NCBI RefSeq assembly: GCF_006345805.1 | Contig: NC_043015.1 | Span: forward strand, 23,684,001-23,748,000 | Length of the DNA stretch: 64,000 bases | Source of the DNA: Octopus sinensis | Lineage: Eukaryota | Reading direction: 5' to 3' | Shown: positions 1-15,420 of the stretch, in pieces | How positions within the stretch are numbered: the first letter of the stretch is position 1 | Layout of the letters: each line of letters begins with the position of its first letter | Program-made: the position numbers and the translations under genes | The notes under the pieces: generated by a model | Database searches by the model: none | Told to the model about the DNA's origin: nothing | Seen by the model: the letters and a program-made list of their open reading frames with translations, nothing else

Positions 1-1536
1 ATAATGTGAAATATAAATTTTTAAAAAAATGAATGTTTATAATGAAGGAACTAAAAGCATTTAGCTAAAATGAAGTTCTGACATTTTTATTATGCGTCGT
101 TTCTATCACGCTGTAACGCAATTAAAATAACAAAATTCTAATATATTTCTCTGAAATTTTATAAAAATTCATTATTTTCAAACAATTTCCTTGAAAGTTT
201 TCAGAGTTAACTAACAAAGTTTGCCTATTTATTTTTTAAAATTTAATTTATATATTTATTTTGTGTCTTCTTGAAAACAAATTTTGAATAATTTTGTCAG
301 TTTTGTAAAATGCAAAATATTTTGATTTCGATTTTTATTTTATAAAGAATTTCTATTTTATATTTTAACAATTTAGTTTATATTGCAGAATTCTCTCTTC
401 AGCAACACGTTTTAAAGTGATTACCGCTAAACAATAGAAATGCTAAATTAAGAAGGACATACTGTAATTTCCTATAGTCGGGAGAATCACCTAATTTATG
501 AAGAATCCTTACTAGCGAGAAATCAAATCAGAAAAACAAAATATTTTTTTATGCCTAAGATATATAATAATCTAGCTGTGTTTGCGCAAATAACTGAATT
601 TTTAACGTACACATACAAATAAGGAAATAATAATATTAACGTGTCTTTAATTTTCATATATTGTTAAAAGTAGAATTGAATCATCGGTTCACTGTATTTA
701 CACTGTCAACATTGACAATGGGTGGTTGTGCACTCGGCTTTTGAAAATATGTATCTCGTCGCGCATGTCCATCCGAAGGACAATGTCAGGATGTCTGCTT
801 TGTATTCTTATAGACGAGAAAAGAAATTTGCTATTCACGGTATGTTACTTAACGTCGGATGTTGAAATTCCTTGCGCAGGTATTAAAAGCAGCTACAATT
901 ATGTGGCACACTGGCATTGATCAAAAATATAAGTCAGCATATTTCTTACTTTGAGCACATTTCACTGATGACTACTGTTTCAAGAATTGCTCTCCACTGA
1001 TAAAAGGTGCTGATTGCGTGTTATCTTTCCCACATTTATGTCATAAGATAATAATTCGAAAGCGAGTTTGTATGCTTTGCAATGCATATGTCTGGAACAG
1101 ACGGATGTACTGTTAAATGTTATGGGTTTGGAAATTGTAAACAGTTCATCTTTTTTCCTTGTAAATATACCTGACATATTTTCATTACCCTGTCATCGTA
1201 GCAGTTTTATAGTATACAGTAGAGGTACGTCTGTCGACAGTACTCTCTGCTTCAGCTCAGACTCTCGCGTTGATTTTATTTAGGAGCTCCCAATAACCTA
1301 AAGTCAGTTTGTGACATTAAATTCTGAAATCTTTCCTAATCAACAATTCTAGATCTTCTTATATTGTGAAGTATGCTTAAAAATATACTTTATAAGAAAC
1401 TTTAACTTTATATATGTATTTATATGTTTGTGCATGCGTATATATATATATACATATATACATATATACATATATAACCAGTAAGGTCTTTTGGATATTT
1501 AATATTTCTTAGGTTGTTATTTAATACCCAACAGAT

Positions 1537-1587
<51 letters not shown>

Positions 1588-1634
1588 TATTATATGTATA
1601 TATTTATATATATTTGTGTATGTATATATATGTC

Positions 1635-1683
<49 letters not shown>

Positions 1684-1707
1684 ATGTGTATATATATATA
1701 TATATAT

Positions 1708-1753
<46 letters not shown>

Positions 1754-1859
1754 GAGGGAATACACAGAGTACACAGCATTTGACACCAGATAAAATATAC
1801 AGAGGCCAACTGACATACAAGATTTAGTGAAAATCCTGTCAAATGAATTTTCCATGTGA

Positions 1860-2520
1860 TACATCACCAAACTAAACTCATGAGATGGATCCAACGATCC
1901 TTCGTGACAAAAGAACTGGTAGTTTTGCTGATTTTATTGAAAAAAAAAATTGTGGACAGATTCTATTACTGCTCACAGATTTTGTCACCAATCCTATCAC
2001 GTCGCATTGAAGAAACTGATGGGCTACAAGGAGCATTCACCAGTGAAATAAAAGCCGTAAATACTGGTAAGTTCTGGAAGCTTTCAACGCTGAACAGAGG
2101 AATATATTACCATTTACGTATGGAAAATTCTGGACTTGCATGTTCCAAACTTCGACATTACAGATAATTTTAATGCACGGACAGGTAGATATTGTCAGCT
2201 TCTAAATATCATAAGCACAGACACACTATTGTACCAGTCTTATATTCAAAGGACCTCTGTTGTTCAACAGCCTTAACTACAGAAATCAGAAGTATAACGA
2301 GGCCCTCTACTGACAACTTAACTAAAAAGAAAACGTTGGATAAACTCCATGCTCGAGATGAATGGAATTTGAAGTTCTTGGGAAGTTTAGGGAGAAATTT
2401 AGGCATTTCGCAGCACCAATCGAAATGCCAGGACGCCATAAGAAATTTGAGAAAAGTAGAAAAACAAAGGAAAATCACAAGATCAACGAGATCAAAGTTG
2501 TACGTTCGATAGAACAGAGA
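1860..2520 (+). mobile_element. Heavily decayed RTE-like LINE reverse transcriptase fragment
   Basis: Translations give ILSPILSRRIEETDGLQGAF, VLYSKDL (decayed LYADD), NLTKKKT and LKFLGSLGRNLG...RNLRKVEKQRKITRSTRSKLY. These are collinear with RT motifs (IN.KKT, FKYLGS, RKIS..TKLKLY). Stops and frameshifts present. Confidence 0.55.
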
Positions 2521-3860
2521 GATGTATATTCCTTGTTTGTACATGTGATGTATATATGTGCATGGTGTGTGTCTATGTGGTGTATGTGTGTGCTTGTGCG
2601 TATGTGTGAGCTTGTGTGTATGTGTGTGCTTGTGCGTATGTGTGTGCTTGTGTGTATGTGTGCGTGCCGGTAAGTGTTGTGCCTGTGCGTGTCTGCGTAA
2701 GTGTGTGAAATGAAATTTATATACATACGCTTACCTTTGTAATTAAGGAACATTTAGCTGGAAAGAAGAAAAAATAACTAAAATGAAAACCAAACAAGAT
2801 CGTTATAATTGTACCATTATATCTCACTATTCAGTTGCTATAGTAACATATCAACTTTAATTACTCCGAGAATTATTCGTGCTGTTGCATAAACCCACTC
2901 TTGATCATTATTCCCACTCGGTATACGAAATAGACACCATCACACATTGAGATAAACACATAAAACGTTTACCAACGCATATATACACACACGCATATTA
3001 TATATGTATATATATATATATATATATAATATATATATATATTATATATATATATATGAGAGAGAGACGTATATTCAAATGTGTTTGTGTAAATATATGT
3101 GTGCGGGTCGATAATGTTTTAGTGCATGTGTGTATAAGTATGTATATATATGTATATATATGTGCTTGTGTATATATATATATATATTATGTGTATTCAG
3201 GGAGAGAGACAGAGAGCGGGTGAGTGGCTCTTAAATAGTTAGACAAAGATCAGAGAAGTTAAAAGTCAAAGACCACGTACCATACACAAATTCGCGCGTA
3301 CGCTGCCACCATCGTCACCACAAGCCTACATACGTACACACACACGCACATGCACGCACACACAAGACAACATATATGCATATTCTAAGTATGTTGAATC
3401 GTTCAACAATAGATTTAACGTGCTAAATGAATCATTAATTCTTAATGTGTTGTTGAGGTTAGTTTTTTTTATATATTTTGCCTTTATGAGAAGCTATTAA
3501 TTAATCTCGTTAAGAGTAATTAGTCGTGATTCCAACAACACGCACGCTTTTTTTGTATTTTCTTTACATTTTTTTATTTGCGGTTGTACCTATAACAGTA
3601 TATTAATTGGCAACATTACTTCTGTATGTGTGTGTGTGTGTATGTATGTGCGTGCGTGTTTGTTCAGATCCATGGCCTTGTAGGGTTTTACGCAACCAGA
3701 AACGTACAAAATAACAATAGAAATGATCACGTATACACTCTGGTACTCACACAGGCATATAGACACATACATAGATACAAGTATGTACATATGCACATAC
3801 AAGTACAAGCTTGAATTAGTGTATATATCAATGTTTATACTTACATATAAACATGTACAG

Positions 3861-3953
<93 letters not shown>

Positions 3954-5174
3954 ATGTATATACATATACATGCACATGCATATATAGTTTTTGGAATGCA
4001 GCAGTGAATCTGTATATCTATCTATCTATCTATCTAGCCCTGATATATATATATATATACATATTAGAGACAGATAGATAAATAGATAGATAGATGTGTG
4101 GACATATTTCCAGTTGTAAAAGTATGTTTGTCTGTATGTATGCATGTGCTACGTTTGTACCTAGTTACATATATGTAAGCAGATATATATATATATATAT
4201 ATGCATATATGTGTGTGTGTATGTATAATTATATATATGGATATGTATATGTGTATATACATCTGTTTATGTTTTGCATTTGTGTGCGCATGCGCTCTTT
4301 CGTTTATGTGTTTGTATTTTTATGTGTGCATCTCTCTCCCGACGTGTATTTTTGTGTGTCAGTGTGGTTGTATGTGTGTGTGTGTGTGTGTATGTGTGTG
4401 AGGGTGTGTGTGTGTGTCTGTGTGCGTGTGCCCGCGCATGTATCTATGCACGCAATGTCGCTTTGGTTGCGTAGGTTGTCTCCTTATTACCGTACACACA
4501 TGCTGGCAATTAACCGTGCGAGCTTCCTAGCTGGGGTTCCTTGCTATAAAATGTGTCATTAATTACACTGCTCATTTGCACTATTTACTACATAACAGAG
4601 GTCGTTATTACCTCTTATTAAACTTCGACACACACGATTTCATGAATTTTCCAGAACCGAAAACAAAAACGAGAGATCTGTTGCATGTCATTAACAAATC
4701 ATTAATTCTACAATCTTTTGTGCATACAAGCACACACATGTACCTACACATACACGCGCGTGCGCTCAAGTGTTTGTGTACATATGGAGTTGACAAACGA
4801 TATATATATATATATATCATATGTACGCACACACGCCCACACACACATACACACATATATCCGTGTGTGTGCAAGTGCGAGCATTAGCGTACGTCTCCGT
4901 GTGTGTCCATGTGTGCGTGTTTGTCGTTTCTGTCCTCTGTTTACCCCTGTATTTAATTGTGTTGCTATATTCTCCTCGTATCTGTCACCTTTTCTCCATC
5001 ATCAATACACGCCACGCACAGTTTGCACTTAATAGATTTAATTTGTGCATTTCATCCTTAACAATGTCTTTAGAACCTCCTTCGTTGTGTGCTAAGTCTA
5101 TAATCCCATTATTCAATAAACATACCCATTAATAAATGTATACATGCTAGGGTTACTTTCAAAAGTTATTCATG

Positions 5175-5373
5175 TTAGTTTCAAATTTTGGCACAAGGCC
5201 AGCAATTACAAGGAAAGGTATTGATCGATTACATCAACTCCAGTTCTGAACTGGCAATTTTATCGCCATCAAAGGGATAAAAGGCAAATTGACCTTGGCG
5301 GAAATTGAACTCAGAACATAAAGACGAACGAAACACCGGTAAGCATTTTGCCCCTCCCACTTACGAGTCTGCC
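5175..5373 (-). mobile_element. tRNA-related SINE, family A (degraded)
   Basis: Homologous to the copies at 24192-24401 and 31250-31635 (GTTCTGAGTTCAAATTCCGCC...TTTCATCC...GATCGAT). Confidence 0.75.
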
Positions 5374-5673
5374 TAATAGCTGCTTTCACAAGCCCTTTAT
5401 ATTGGAAGCGCATTCCTCTTAACTACGTTCCGTCATATATATAACATTAAATCCTATCGCATGATCTTATAGTTTGTATTGAATTATATTATATCACGTT
5501 ATTTCGGTATGTTTGAAATAATACCCAAGTCGTACACACAAGCAGATGCCTTTCCCCTGTGTTAAGTACCTGAAAACGCATTGTTTCAGCTAACTGAATG
5601 CTTTTTTAGTTACGTGCGCACACATGTGGCTGTGAGTACTTACGTATACGTGTATATACATATGTATATATAT

Positions 5674-5720
<47 letters not shown>

Positions 5721-6561
5721 AATATATATATATAATATATATATATATATGTGTATATGTATATGTATTTATGTATATATATATATATATTATATATATA
5801 TATATATAATGTGTATATATATATATATACATATACATACTCACATTATACACACACATACACACATATATGTATGTATGTATTTCGTAAAACTGTAATA
5901 ATTTTGAATGATTTAAATAATTTTAAAAATTGTTGGGATTTTATTAGAATTGTCATTATTAGTTTTTCTTATTTTGTTTGATTTTTAGGGTCGCTAATTT
6001 GCGGGAAAAAAAGTTACGCAAAATAATTTAAACACAAATAGAGAAATTAAATTTAGCGAAGTAAAAATAATTAATTTAATTCAATTTTAATTATTGCTCT
6101 TAATTGCAATAAGTATTCCCTCTCACTTGTCCCTTTCCACTTATTACCTAAGCTCTACACGTCTTGCTTATTCTTTGTGTTTTCTTTTCGCATGTTCAAC
6201 CTTGGACATTCCCATTATTAATCCTGATGTCTACAAACGATATTACCTTTTAGTATTCTTAAGTCATGGCCCTTTCCTCATACACCATTCAAATTTCTTA
6301 ACGGCACTTGTTCTTTCTATCCTCTTTACTCCGCAATTACCCGCGATTACTTTCTTTTCCAAATTCTAAATACTACATATTATCACACAATTTAGCATGT
6401 CTCCCTCATAACTTGAAACGTTTCGTCTCCCTCTGTAAGCTGCTCTTTCCTCTCGATCTTTACATCGTTTCGCGCCATCTAACAAATTCTCTCCTTTAGG
6501 ATCTATGGAACTTGTTACACGGACACACACACACAAACAAGCAGACAAATACACACACACG

Positions 6562-6602
<41 letters not shown>

Positions 6603-6685
6603 ATGTGTGTGTGTGCGTGTGAGTGCATGTGTGCGTGTGTTTTCGTGTCTCTGTATAAATATGTACATTCACACACACACATATA

Positions 6686-6990
6686 TAATCCCCACATCAA
6701 TATAGCTGTTCGATGTCACTACCGATTTAACCCCAGGCACATATAACCACCAGCAGGTTATACGTGCAGCTTGCAGCTGTATATATTGCAAGTGCTGGAC
6801 CGTCGCCACTGAAGACGGGCAGTAATAGCCCGATACTGTTGTCTGCTAGAGGAAGGTAGGTGTTCTCTCTCCATGCTTGCAATATATACAGGGCGCAAGC
6901 TGCACCTATAACCAGCTAGTGGAAGACCTGCCTGAGTTTAAAACGGTAGTAACATCGAACCATCGAATAGCCATACTGATGTGGTGATTA
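6686..6990 (+). mobile_element. Inverted-repeat unit (~107-bp imperfect arms) enclosing a decayed hammerhead-like motif; probable non-autonomous PLE derivative
   Basis: 6686-6792 is the imperfect reverse complement of 6876-6990. The spacer holds CTGAAGA-C-GGGC-AGTAATA-GCCC-GATA-C-TGTT-GTC (6809-6843). Confidence 0.6.
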
Positions 6991-7055
6991 ATTTTACTTG
7001 TCAGTGTAGTAACTAGTCTAATTTCTCATTGAGATATTCCAGCCTGTTACTTTGG

Positions 7056-7107
<52 letters not shown>

Positions 7108-7186
7108 TTACAAATATACATTTATATGTGTATATATATATTTACATATATAGGCATATGTGTTTGTATGTATGTATGTATGTATG

Positions 7187-7251
<65 letters not shown>

Positions 7252-7460
7252 ATATATATATATATATATATATATAGCGTAGGCTCGAAACGTAAAATAC
7301 TTTTTCTATTCCTAGGCGCTATACTAATACATTTGTTTGTTTGTACTCCACCTGCCTTCGTCTTTTGTTTATTTTCGTAAACTTTCCCTTTATATACATA
7401 TACATATATATAATTTTCCTCAATTGAAGCGATGATCTGTTAGAATCGTTATCTCACCAG

Positions 7461-7547
7461 GAAAGAGGCTTGCTGCATTGTTCCGTCTCTAATTTCAAAT
7501 GACGCCGGAGGCCGATTCTGCCTTCTAATGCATTCGAGGTCGACAAA
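7461..7547 (+). CDS. Candidate internal exon of an unidentified gene (KEACCIVPSLISNDAGGRFCLLMHSRST)
   Basis: ATCTCACCAG acceptor, AAA|GTAAGT donor, 87 nt, one open frame. No homology recognised. Confidence 0.2.
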
Positions 7548-9206
7548 GTAAGTAGCAGATGAACATAGTAATCGAATTATCACCTCCTCCGATTTTGCTG
7601 GCATAGTGTCAAAATTGGAAATCAATATCATTCGCAATTATTTCTGCTGTTAAAAAACAACTCACTTGATAGAAACATGCCAAAAGTACAAAAAATCCAT
7701 AGAAAACATTGACTTACAAATTTAATGAACATCTTTTTGGATCACTAAATAATTCTGTATTTGCTTTTTCAATTGCTTTGATAAAAGTTTCTAAGAAAAG
7801 GTTCGTCCGGCATAAATTGAACATTCATGTTGTTCAGGAATGAAATAAATCTGCCAGGCGAATACAGATTTCTCTAAGATGATATCAGCTTCGTGATATA
7901 TTCAATATAGTATTATGAATTTTAGCATTAAAAATTAATACATATGTTTTTCACCAATAAGCATATTTAGCATTATTTAATATAATTTTATAATAGAGAT
8001 ATCAGAAAATTAACCCATCAGATTATATATGTCCAAGTATCATGTATGCATTCAGGATTCATCTCCCTTGAAGACACACACGCGCACAAACATTCTGATA
8101 GATAAGTAGATTCGTAGATAGAGAGTTATATATAGTCACATAGATAAATAGATAGATAGAGAAAAAGAGAGTGACATACAGACATACATATAGACAGATA
8201 GATAGATAGACAGAAATTTTATACGTATGTGTGTAAGAGTGTGGGTGTATTAAAACACTGTATAAGCAAAAGTGTCGGTGTATATACATGCATGTATAAA
8301 CCGTCGATGTCATCTCTACGTTTGTGTGTGTTCACGTATGCTGAATATATTAAATTAATTCAGTCCAGTTCTATTTTTATATAATATATTCCTGTTGACG
8401 CTAACACTCTAGAAATATGAATTTCAAATTCGCTATTAAGAATCTGAATAAACACTATGTGTGCAAGCTCGATAAATTGGAAAACCGTTAATGAAAAAGT
8501 AAATAGTTGATTAGTCTTAGTTTCACGAAAAAAATCATCAATTTTAGTTTTGTTTACATGGCATGTGTAAGTCTGTTTCGATTTGATTTTTGTGATTAGC
8601 GAGTTAAAAAGAGTTGATGCCAAAAACCTTATTCAAATGTTGATTAACAAAACTAAAATAAAATCAAACAGCATCTGGTAATTTGATCTTTTCTGAAGTT
8701 ACTTAACGTCATTCATCAGTTAATGACAAAGATCGTTTTTACATTCATTAATAGTTAACAATCATAACGTATATTTGTAGAATGTCTGCACACCTGTCTA
8801 CATCGCCGTCCTCACTCATTCGTCTACCTTCACTCTATATCACTCTCTCCCTCTCTCGCTTCTCATTCTATTAATCGTTCTCTTAATACTTGGTTAATCT
8901 GTACATTTATCATCCTATCATGATGCGTAGAGTACAAAGTCATTTATGAACAATATTAGTTCTGTATGACTCTGGTAACTAGGACATAAATATTACAATG
9001 AAGAATGAGAATGATTTTTATGAGAATGATTTTTATCAATTCAATATGCTTCCTGTACACCCACAAGTACAGACACACACACACACACATGTATTATGTG
9101 CATACATACATATATGTGTGTGTGTGCGTATGTAGATACATACAGAGATAAGGGAGAGAGTAGGGGGGAATGCATACATATATTTGCATACACACACAAA
9201 TATTTG

Positions 9207-9240
<34 letters not shown>

Positions 9241-9783
9241 GTGTAAGAATGCAATAAGATATAATAATAGTATATTAATATATAAAGATATATTAAATAC
9301 ATTATAATAAAGATGGCGCTAAATTTCAAAAGGGTTAAATTGTATACCAGAATAGAATAAGATGCTATAATTGTATATTAATATATCAAGATATATGAAA
9401 TAAATTTTGATATAGGTGGCTAAAGCAAGTAAAATCAAAAAGTAAAAATAATTAATGAGGGAGCAAGACAGCACCTGCAATCTTTAGAAATGAGTGTTAA
9501 AAAAAATATAATTCAAAGTGCCACACAAAACCACCAGCCACATGAGATATTCGGGACTGTAAGCAGCAAGGTACATCCTTCTTCAGCGATATAAACTCAC
9601 AGAATGAAGCAATTTGATAAAACCTCTTCACGTGATTTCGAAATTTGATCAAGATCTTGTTTCTCGTAAGGGGTTCCCAAAATTACTCCAGGTTAAAGAG
9701 ATAGCTTGCCTCCCATTAGTCCATGAGAAAAAACCGTTGAACCGCGAGCTATATAATTCTACACACACAGACACAACAACAAC

Positions 9784-9828
<45 letters not shown>

Positions 9829-9869
9829 GATTTACCTCTATTCATATATATATATATATATATATAATA

Positions 9870-9903
<34 letters not shown>

Positions 9904-10511
9904 GTTTCCATGTGAGTGTTTTGTGATAATTCAACACACATTTCATTCCTCCCCACCACCACACCTGCAAACGACACGCAATCTAGATTACAGTTTTCTT
10001 TTAGAATTATAGCATTCTAAGATTGACTGATTTCCTCAACATCATCCTTATTTAGAAGAAAGGAATAAAACTTAACGGAATTTTCTTTCGTGAGTGAAGA
10101 CATTATGTCTATATATTTTGCAGTAAATGTTTTAATTGCTATTCGTAATTAAGAAAAATCTTCATGGGTTGTAAAGAACTTATCAGGTGTGTGTGGTGAG
10201 GACTAAGTACTCCAGTTCTTAATAGGATTAAAAGACTGACTTATGGAAATTTTAAAAGAGTGCCTTTTTCAAAAGATCATTCATCTCTGGGAGATAACAA
10301 TTTTATTAAAATTTTAAAAGCTTAGACGGAGAAACATACCAGCTCTTGGCTCTTATATGCAATTTATTACATTGACACTAGAAAGTATATAAACTCAAAG
10401 ATCATAGTAATATTTGAAATCAGAACGTGATGTGTCATTACTAAACACCTCCTTGAACCTTCGTTTCAGGCAGTTTTTGAGTCAGACAAACAATTATGTA
10501 TATAAAGCTAT

Positions 10512-10550
<39 letters not shown>

Positions 10551-10583
10551 ACACACACACACACATATATATATATATGACAC

Positions 10584-10733
10584 TGTTGTGTGGACGCTCC
10601 CAGACATTGAAGTATGCTAGCCGAATACGTAGATATATTGGGAGAAGTCTAGACGTCGATGAATAGCGGTGAGAGTAGAGTTAAGTTGAGTAGAGGTTAT
10701 CCGAACGTGCGACGTAACAGTGGCGACAAGGAT
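10584..10733 (+). mobile_element. Short LTR-like relic followed by a gypsy/Mag-type PBS
   Basis: TGTTG...TAACA (10584-10719) then TGGCGACAAGGAT (10721-10733), the same motif seen at 37499. Confidence 0.35.
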
Positions 10734-10806
10734 TTCGTAGCTCACATAGCCACTGTGTAGTATTGCGACATAACAGTCACACACTACACACATACACCCA
10801 TACTTA

Positions 10807-10847
<41 letters not shown>

Positions 10848-11484
10848 ATATATAAATATATGTGTGTGTGTGTGTGTGTGTGTGTCTGTGTGTGTGTGTG
10901 AGTTTAGAGGGCTATATCATCAGGGAGGATACAGTCGTTGCACTCAGATACGTTCCTGTTTACGTCTAGCCTCATCGATTTGTATTCAACGTATATGATT
11001 AACAATGTTATCATTCGCTCTGTAAACACTTCCCATGGATAATTCCATGTTCGTTTCACTGGACGGTAATATGGTCTGGAGTGTATATTAGCCATAATTA
11101 TAAGGATATAGAGCATGGAGACTTACAGTATTTATTCTCTCTTATCTAAAAACTCTAGCATATTTTCTATGCAATAAATAATGCAAAACATAACAATCTA
11201 GCCAAGAAAATGAAAATAAGCACAACACTACAAGCCTTACACTTGAAAACGAGGCTACGATGAATCTGACTACAACAATACACAAGGAACCCTGCAAAGA
11301 CAGTAACATCAATCTTGATCTAATTAGACAACCACCTGACTTCGGACAGCAACTAGAGTGAATCTGATGTCAAACGCGCAAATCTACAAACACATCAGGT
11401 TTAAGTTTCAAAACATATTCCCACCTCCCTAAATAACACACAACTAACTCCACTCAATTTGCTTCGAAACTAACCAAATGGATA

Positions 11485-11568
11485 GATCCTGAAGAAGCTG
11501 CCCCGAAAATCATGACAGGCTGCATTTGCAACTGCCCTTAATCTGTGCAGTGGAAACACATGTAGGAC
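11485..11568 (+). ncRNA. Decayed type I hammerhead ribozyme-like motif (PLE 3' region)
   Basis: CTGAAGA (11489-95), CTGC/GCAG helix II, GAAA (11553-56), palindromic AC-ACAT-GT helix III, GTA triplet. Helix I is weak. Confidence 0.45.
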
Positions 11569-12531
11569 GTAATGAGCTACATGTTATATATCGTTATATA
11601 TATGTAAAAGAAGTTGAAAATGCGTTGGGACTAGTTGAGATTGTTTATTTTTATAGTTTCAAAGACGTGACCGGTTTCAAAGATTTTTCTGTTTTTTAAA
11701 GTTGATATACAAAGACGTGCCGCTATGCTATATATGTGCCTATGCCTATATCACTTAATCATTGTATAGGTCAATATATATTGACTATAGAATAACATTT
11801 ATTCTTCACTTGCAATGGATAATATTTTTTATATTTTTAAACAAGCACGTACACACACAGACTTACACATGACTGTGTGCATAATTTAGTCAGTACCATA
11901 AAACCTTAATATATAGAATTCATGGATTCTGAAAAGTATTTTTAATCTAACAGTCAATAGTTGCAAAACTTTATAATTACACCTTTGAAATTCAAATATA
12001 AATATATCCTTTTGCGCTGTTTGAAGTAGTAGAAAATATACTTCAGAAATAATACAGAAATACGAAAATTAAATAAATGCACAACATCAGTCTACAAACA
12101 ATGAAAACAAACATATACTACGGCATAGGGCACAAACAATTTGCTTCATAAATGCTGCAGTTTTTCCATCAAGCATAAAAAAATGTCTTCTAAGACAATT
12201 TCAAAGTACCGTTTCCTTTCCCAAAATCAAAACTTTCATTAGAAAATACAAGAAACAAATGACAAAGGAAGTGCAATTTCTTACTGTTCAATCAGGTGCT
12301 ATACTTGGAAGCAGTTAATTTGCTGATGGGCACTCAATGATGACAAGATTCACAAATGTGACAAAGGGAAACAAAAGCGGAAAAAAAAGTGCTCACGCAG
12401 ACACACTCGCCTATACACACGTGCGCGCGGGCACATATATACGTCTATATGGGCATATATATGTATGTACATTCGTGTCTGTTCGTATATGCATGTGTCA
12501 TTCTCAGATGTAATCATGACTATATATATAT

Positions 12532-12603
<72 letters not shown>

Positions 12604-12817
12604 ATAATATATAGTATAATATATATATATATATATATATATTGTATATATATATATATATATCTATATATATATATATATATATATACATGTACATATA
12701 CATATACATATACATATACCTATGTGTGTGTCTATGTGTCTGTATGTATGATGTATATATGTGTACCTGTATGTAACTATACGTAGATATGCACGTGAGT
12801 ATGAATGTATGTATAGG

Positions 12818-12854
<37 letters not shown>

Positions 12855-13221
12855 ACGTCAGCATAAGTATATATGTATGCCGATGCGTATTTTCAAACAT
12901 CTATGTACGTGTGCATGCATATATGGATGTATGAATACCAGTATGCATGTATGTATGTATGTGTTATGTATGTTTGTATATATGCATGGGGAACCGGTAC
13001 ACTTTAGAGAAATAATCTACCAAAATAAATCGAAGTAAAGAAGGAAATAAATTCTATCGCTGCCACTAGCCAAGCATGATGTGTCGAAACAACAGAATAT
13101 TTCAATGTAAATTTTCCTTATACTCATGAAAGTATAAACATTTTATTGATCAGATTCTACTTAATATAGCACTGATGTAGTATTTTTTATTTCTTACTCA
13201 TTACCTCTTGAGCGTTATTTT

Positions 13222-13360
<139 letters not shown>

Positions 13361-13782
13361 AAGAAGGAAAAACATACATATATAAGACAATATAAGTATA
13401 TAAATCTATGAGAGAACAGTGGAAAGTACACAAGAAAACCCTGTAAGTGAGGGAAAGCAAATTACGAAACAGGCTAAACAAAATATGTAAAGTTCTTAGA
13501 AAGTATTTACCAGAAAACTAGGCATTTGTTTGGTTGTTTGACACCTATTTGCTGTTATTGTTGTTCCCTAATCGGTAAGCCACTGTGTCACATCAAATAC
13601 TGTCATTAACAGGTATTGGTGCTGAAGAGAACGTACTTGTGATCAGGGAAAATTTTTTGTACTTTCGCATTTATTCATCTTTCATCATCAAAGATTACTT
13701 GGTGAGCATCCTTTCAGGAAAGCAAATAATCAAAGTTGGTGAAATAAGTTTGCCGTGGTAATACGTATATGTGTGTATATAT

Positions 13783-13816
<34 letters not shown>

Positions 13817-13861
13817 CACATATGCATTTCTATGTAGGTATGTATGCTTTATCTATGTATG

Positions 13862-13896
<35 letters not shown>

Positions 13897-13914
13897 TTTT
13901 AGGAATAGAACTAA

Positions 13915-13962
<48 letters not shown>

Positions 13963-14331
13963 CTTAGTATACTCACAGAAACACATACACATAAATATAT
14001 GCGTGTGAATGAGTTAATCCTTCACTTCTAATTCAGCAACTCTGTTTAAGACCTGGTAATTATTGATATGTAGAAGTTTAGCTGACACGGTAATTATCTT
14101 CCGGTCATTCCGTAAAATCAATGATGCCATTTTACTTATGACATTTACATCAAAATATCTGCTGTAATTACCCGAAATATACTTATTGTGCATTTTATCT
14201 ACCTTTGGTTCACTTTTTTCTAAATACATGGAAGCAAGTAGATTAGATACAGAAACATAGCGACTGTGGAGTCGTGCTTTTAAGTATGCTTCCACACACA
14301 CACACACATATATATACATGTATATATATAT

Positions 14332-14373
<42 letters not shown>

Positions 14374-14478
14374 TAATATATATATATATGTGAGTATATA
14401 TATATATTTATATATATATGAATGTATGCATATATAGAAACATTTTTGCATATATGTATACATATATGTATATATGTG

Positions 14479-14511
<33 letters not shown>

Positions 14512-15335
14512 GTATATATATATGTATATATATATATATATAAGTATGTGTATATATATACATACATACAATTGTTTATCTGAGTGTGCATCAGTGCATG
14601 TATAAATATATGTGTGCAAATATATATATGTGTTTGTGTATATGTATGTATATGCATATCAATTTATCTACCTATCTACACATATGTGTGCGTGCATGTG
14701 TGTGTCCGTGTGTATGTTTGTGTGCGTGTATGTGTGTATGTGTATCTGAATGTTTTTCATGAATATTGAGACTTTACACGAAAATTTTATTTTCGTTCCA
14801 ATTGCGTGACATTTATTTATATTATAAACACATGCACTTCCACTCAGTTGCAGACACGCACGCAATCATACGCACGACACACAAGCGCGCATACTCACAC
14901 GCGCATACTGTCATACAGATATATATATATATATATATAGTGAGACAGAGAGAGGGAGAGAGAGAATTATATAAAAATGCATGTATATATATATATATAT
15001 ATGCACATATATATATATACAAATAATTAAGTATGCATACAAACCCACATATGTGTATATGTATACGGCGTACGTGTGTTGTTTGTATGTGGGTATGTGC
15101 GTGCGTCTTTGTGTGTGTGTGTTTTAATGTAAACCTGTTTATAGCTTACATAGAATCTTATTAAGTTCATGTGATCTGGAAAAATGTGCGTCATTACTTC
15201 TACGCCTGGTGCGATATACGAATATCTCGTTAAATTACACGCACAAACACACCCACACAGTCATACAGACTCACACACACAAATATAGACACGTGCGTAC
15301 CCACACCCTCATGTATAGATACACACACACACACA

Positions 15336-15420
<85 letters not shown>

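Noticed and set aside
8670-8722. Minus-strand CTGATGA...GAAA with a hairpin
   Set aside because: No helix I pairing around any NUH site.
14014-14290. About 90-codon non-repetitive open frame on the minus strand
   Set aside because: No recognisable motif and no convincing splice sites. Compatible with chance.
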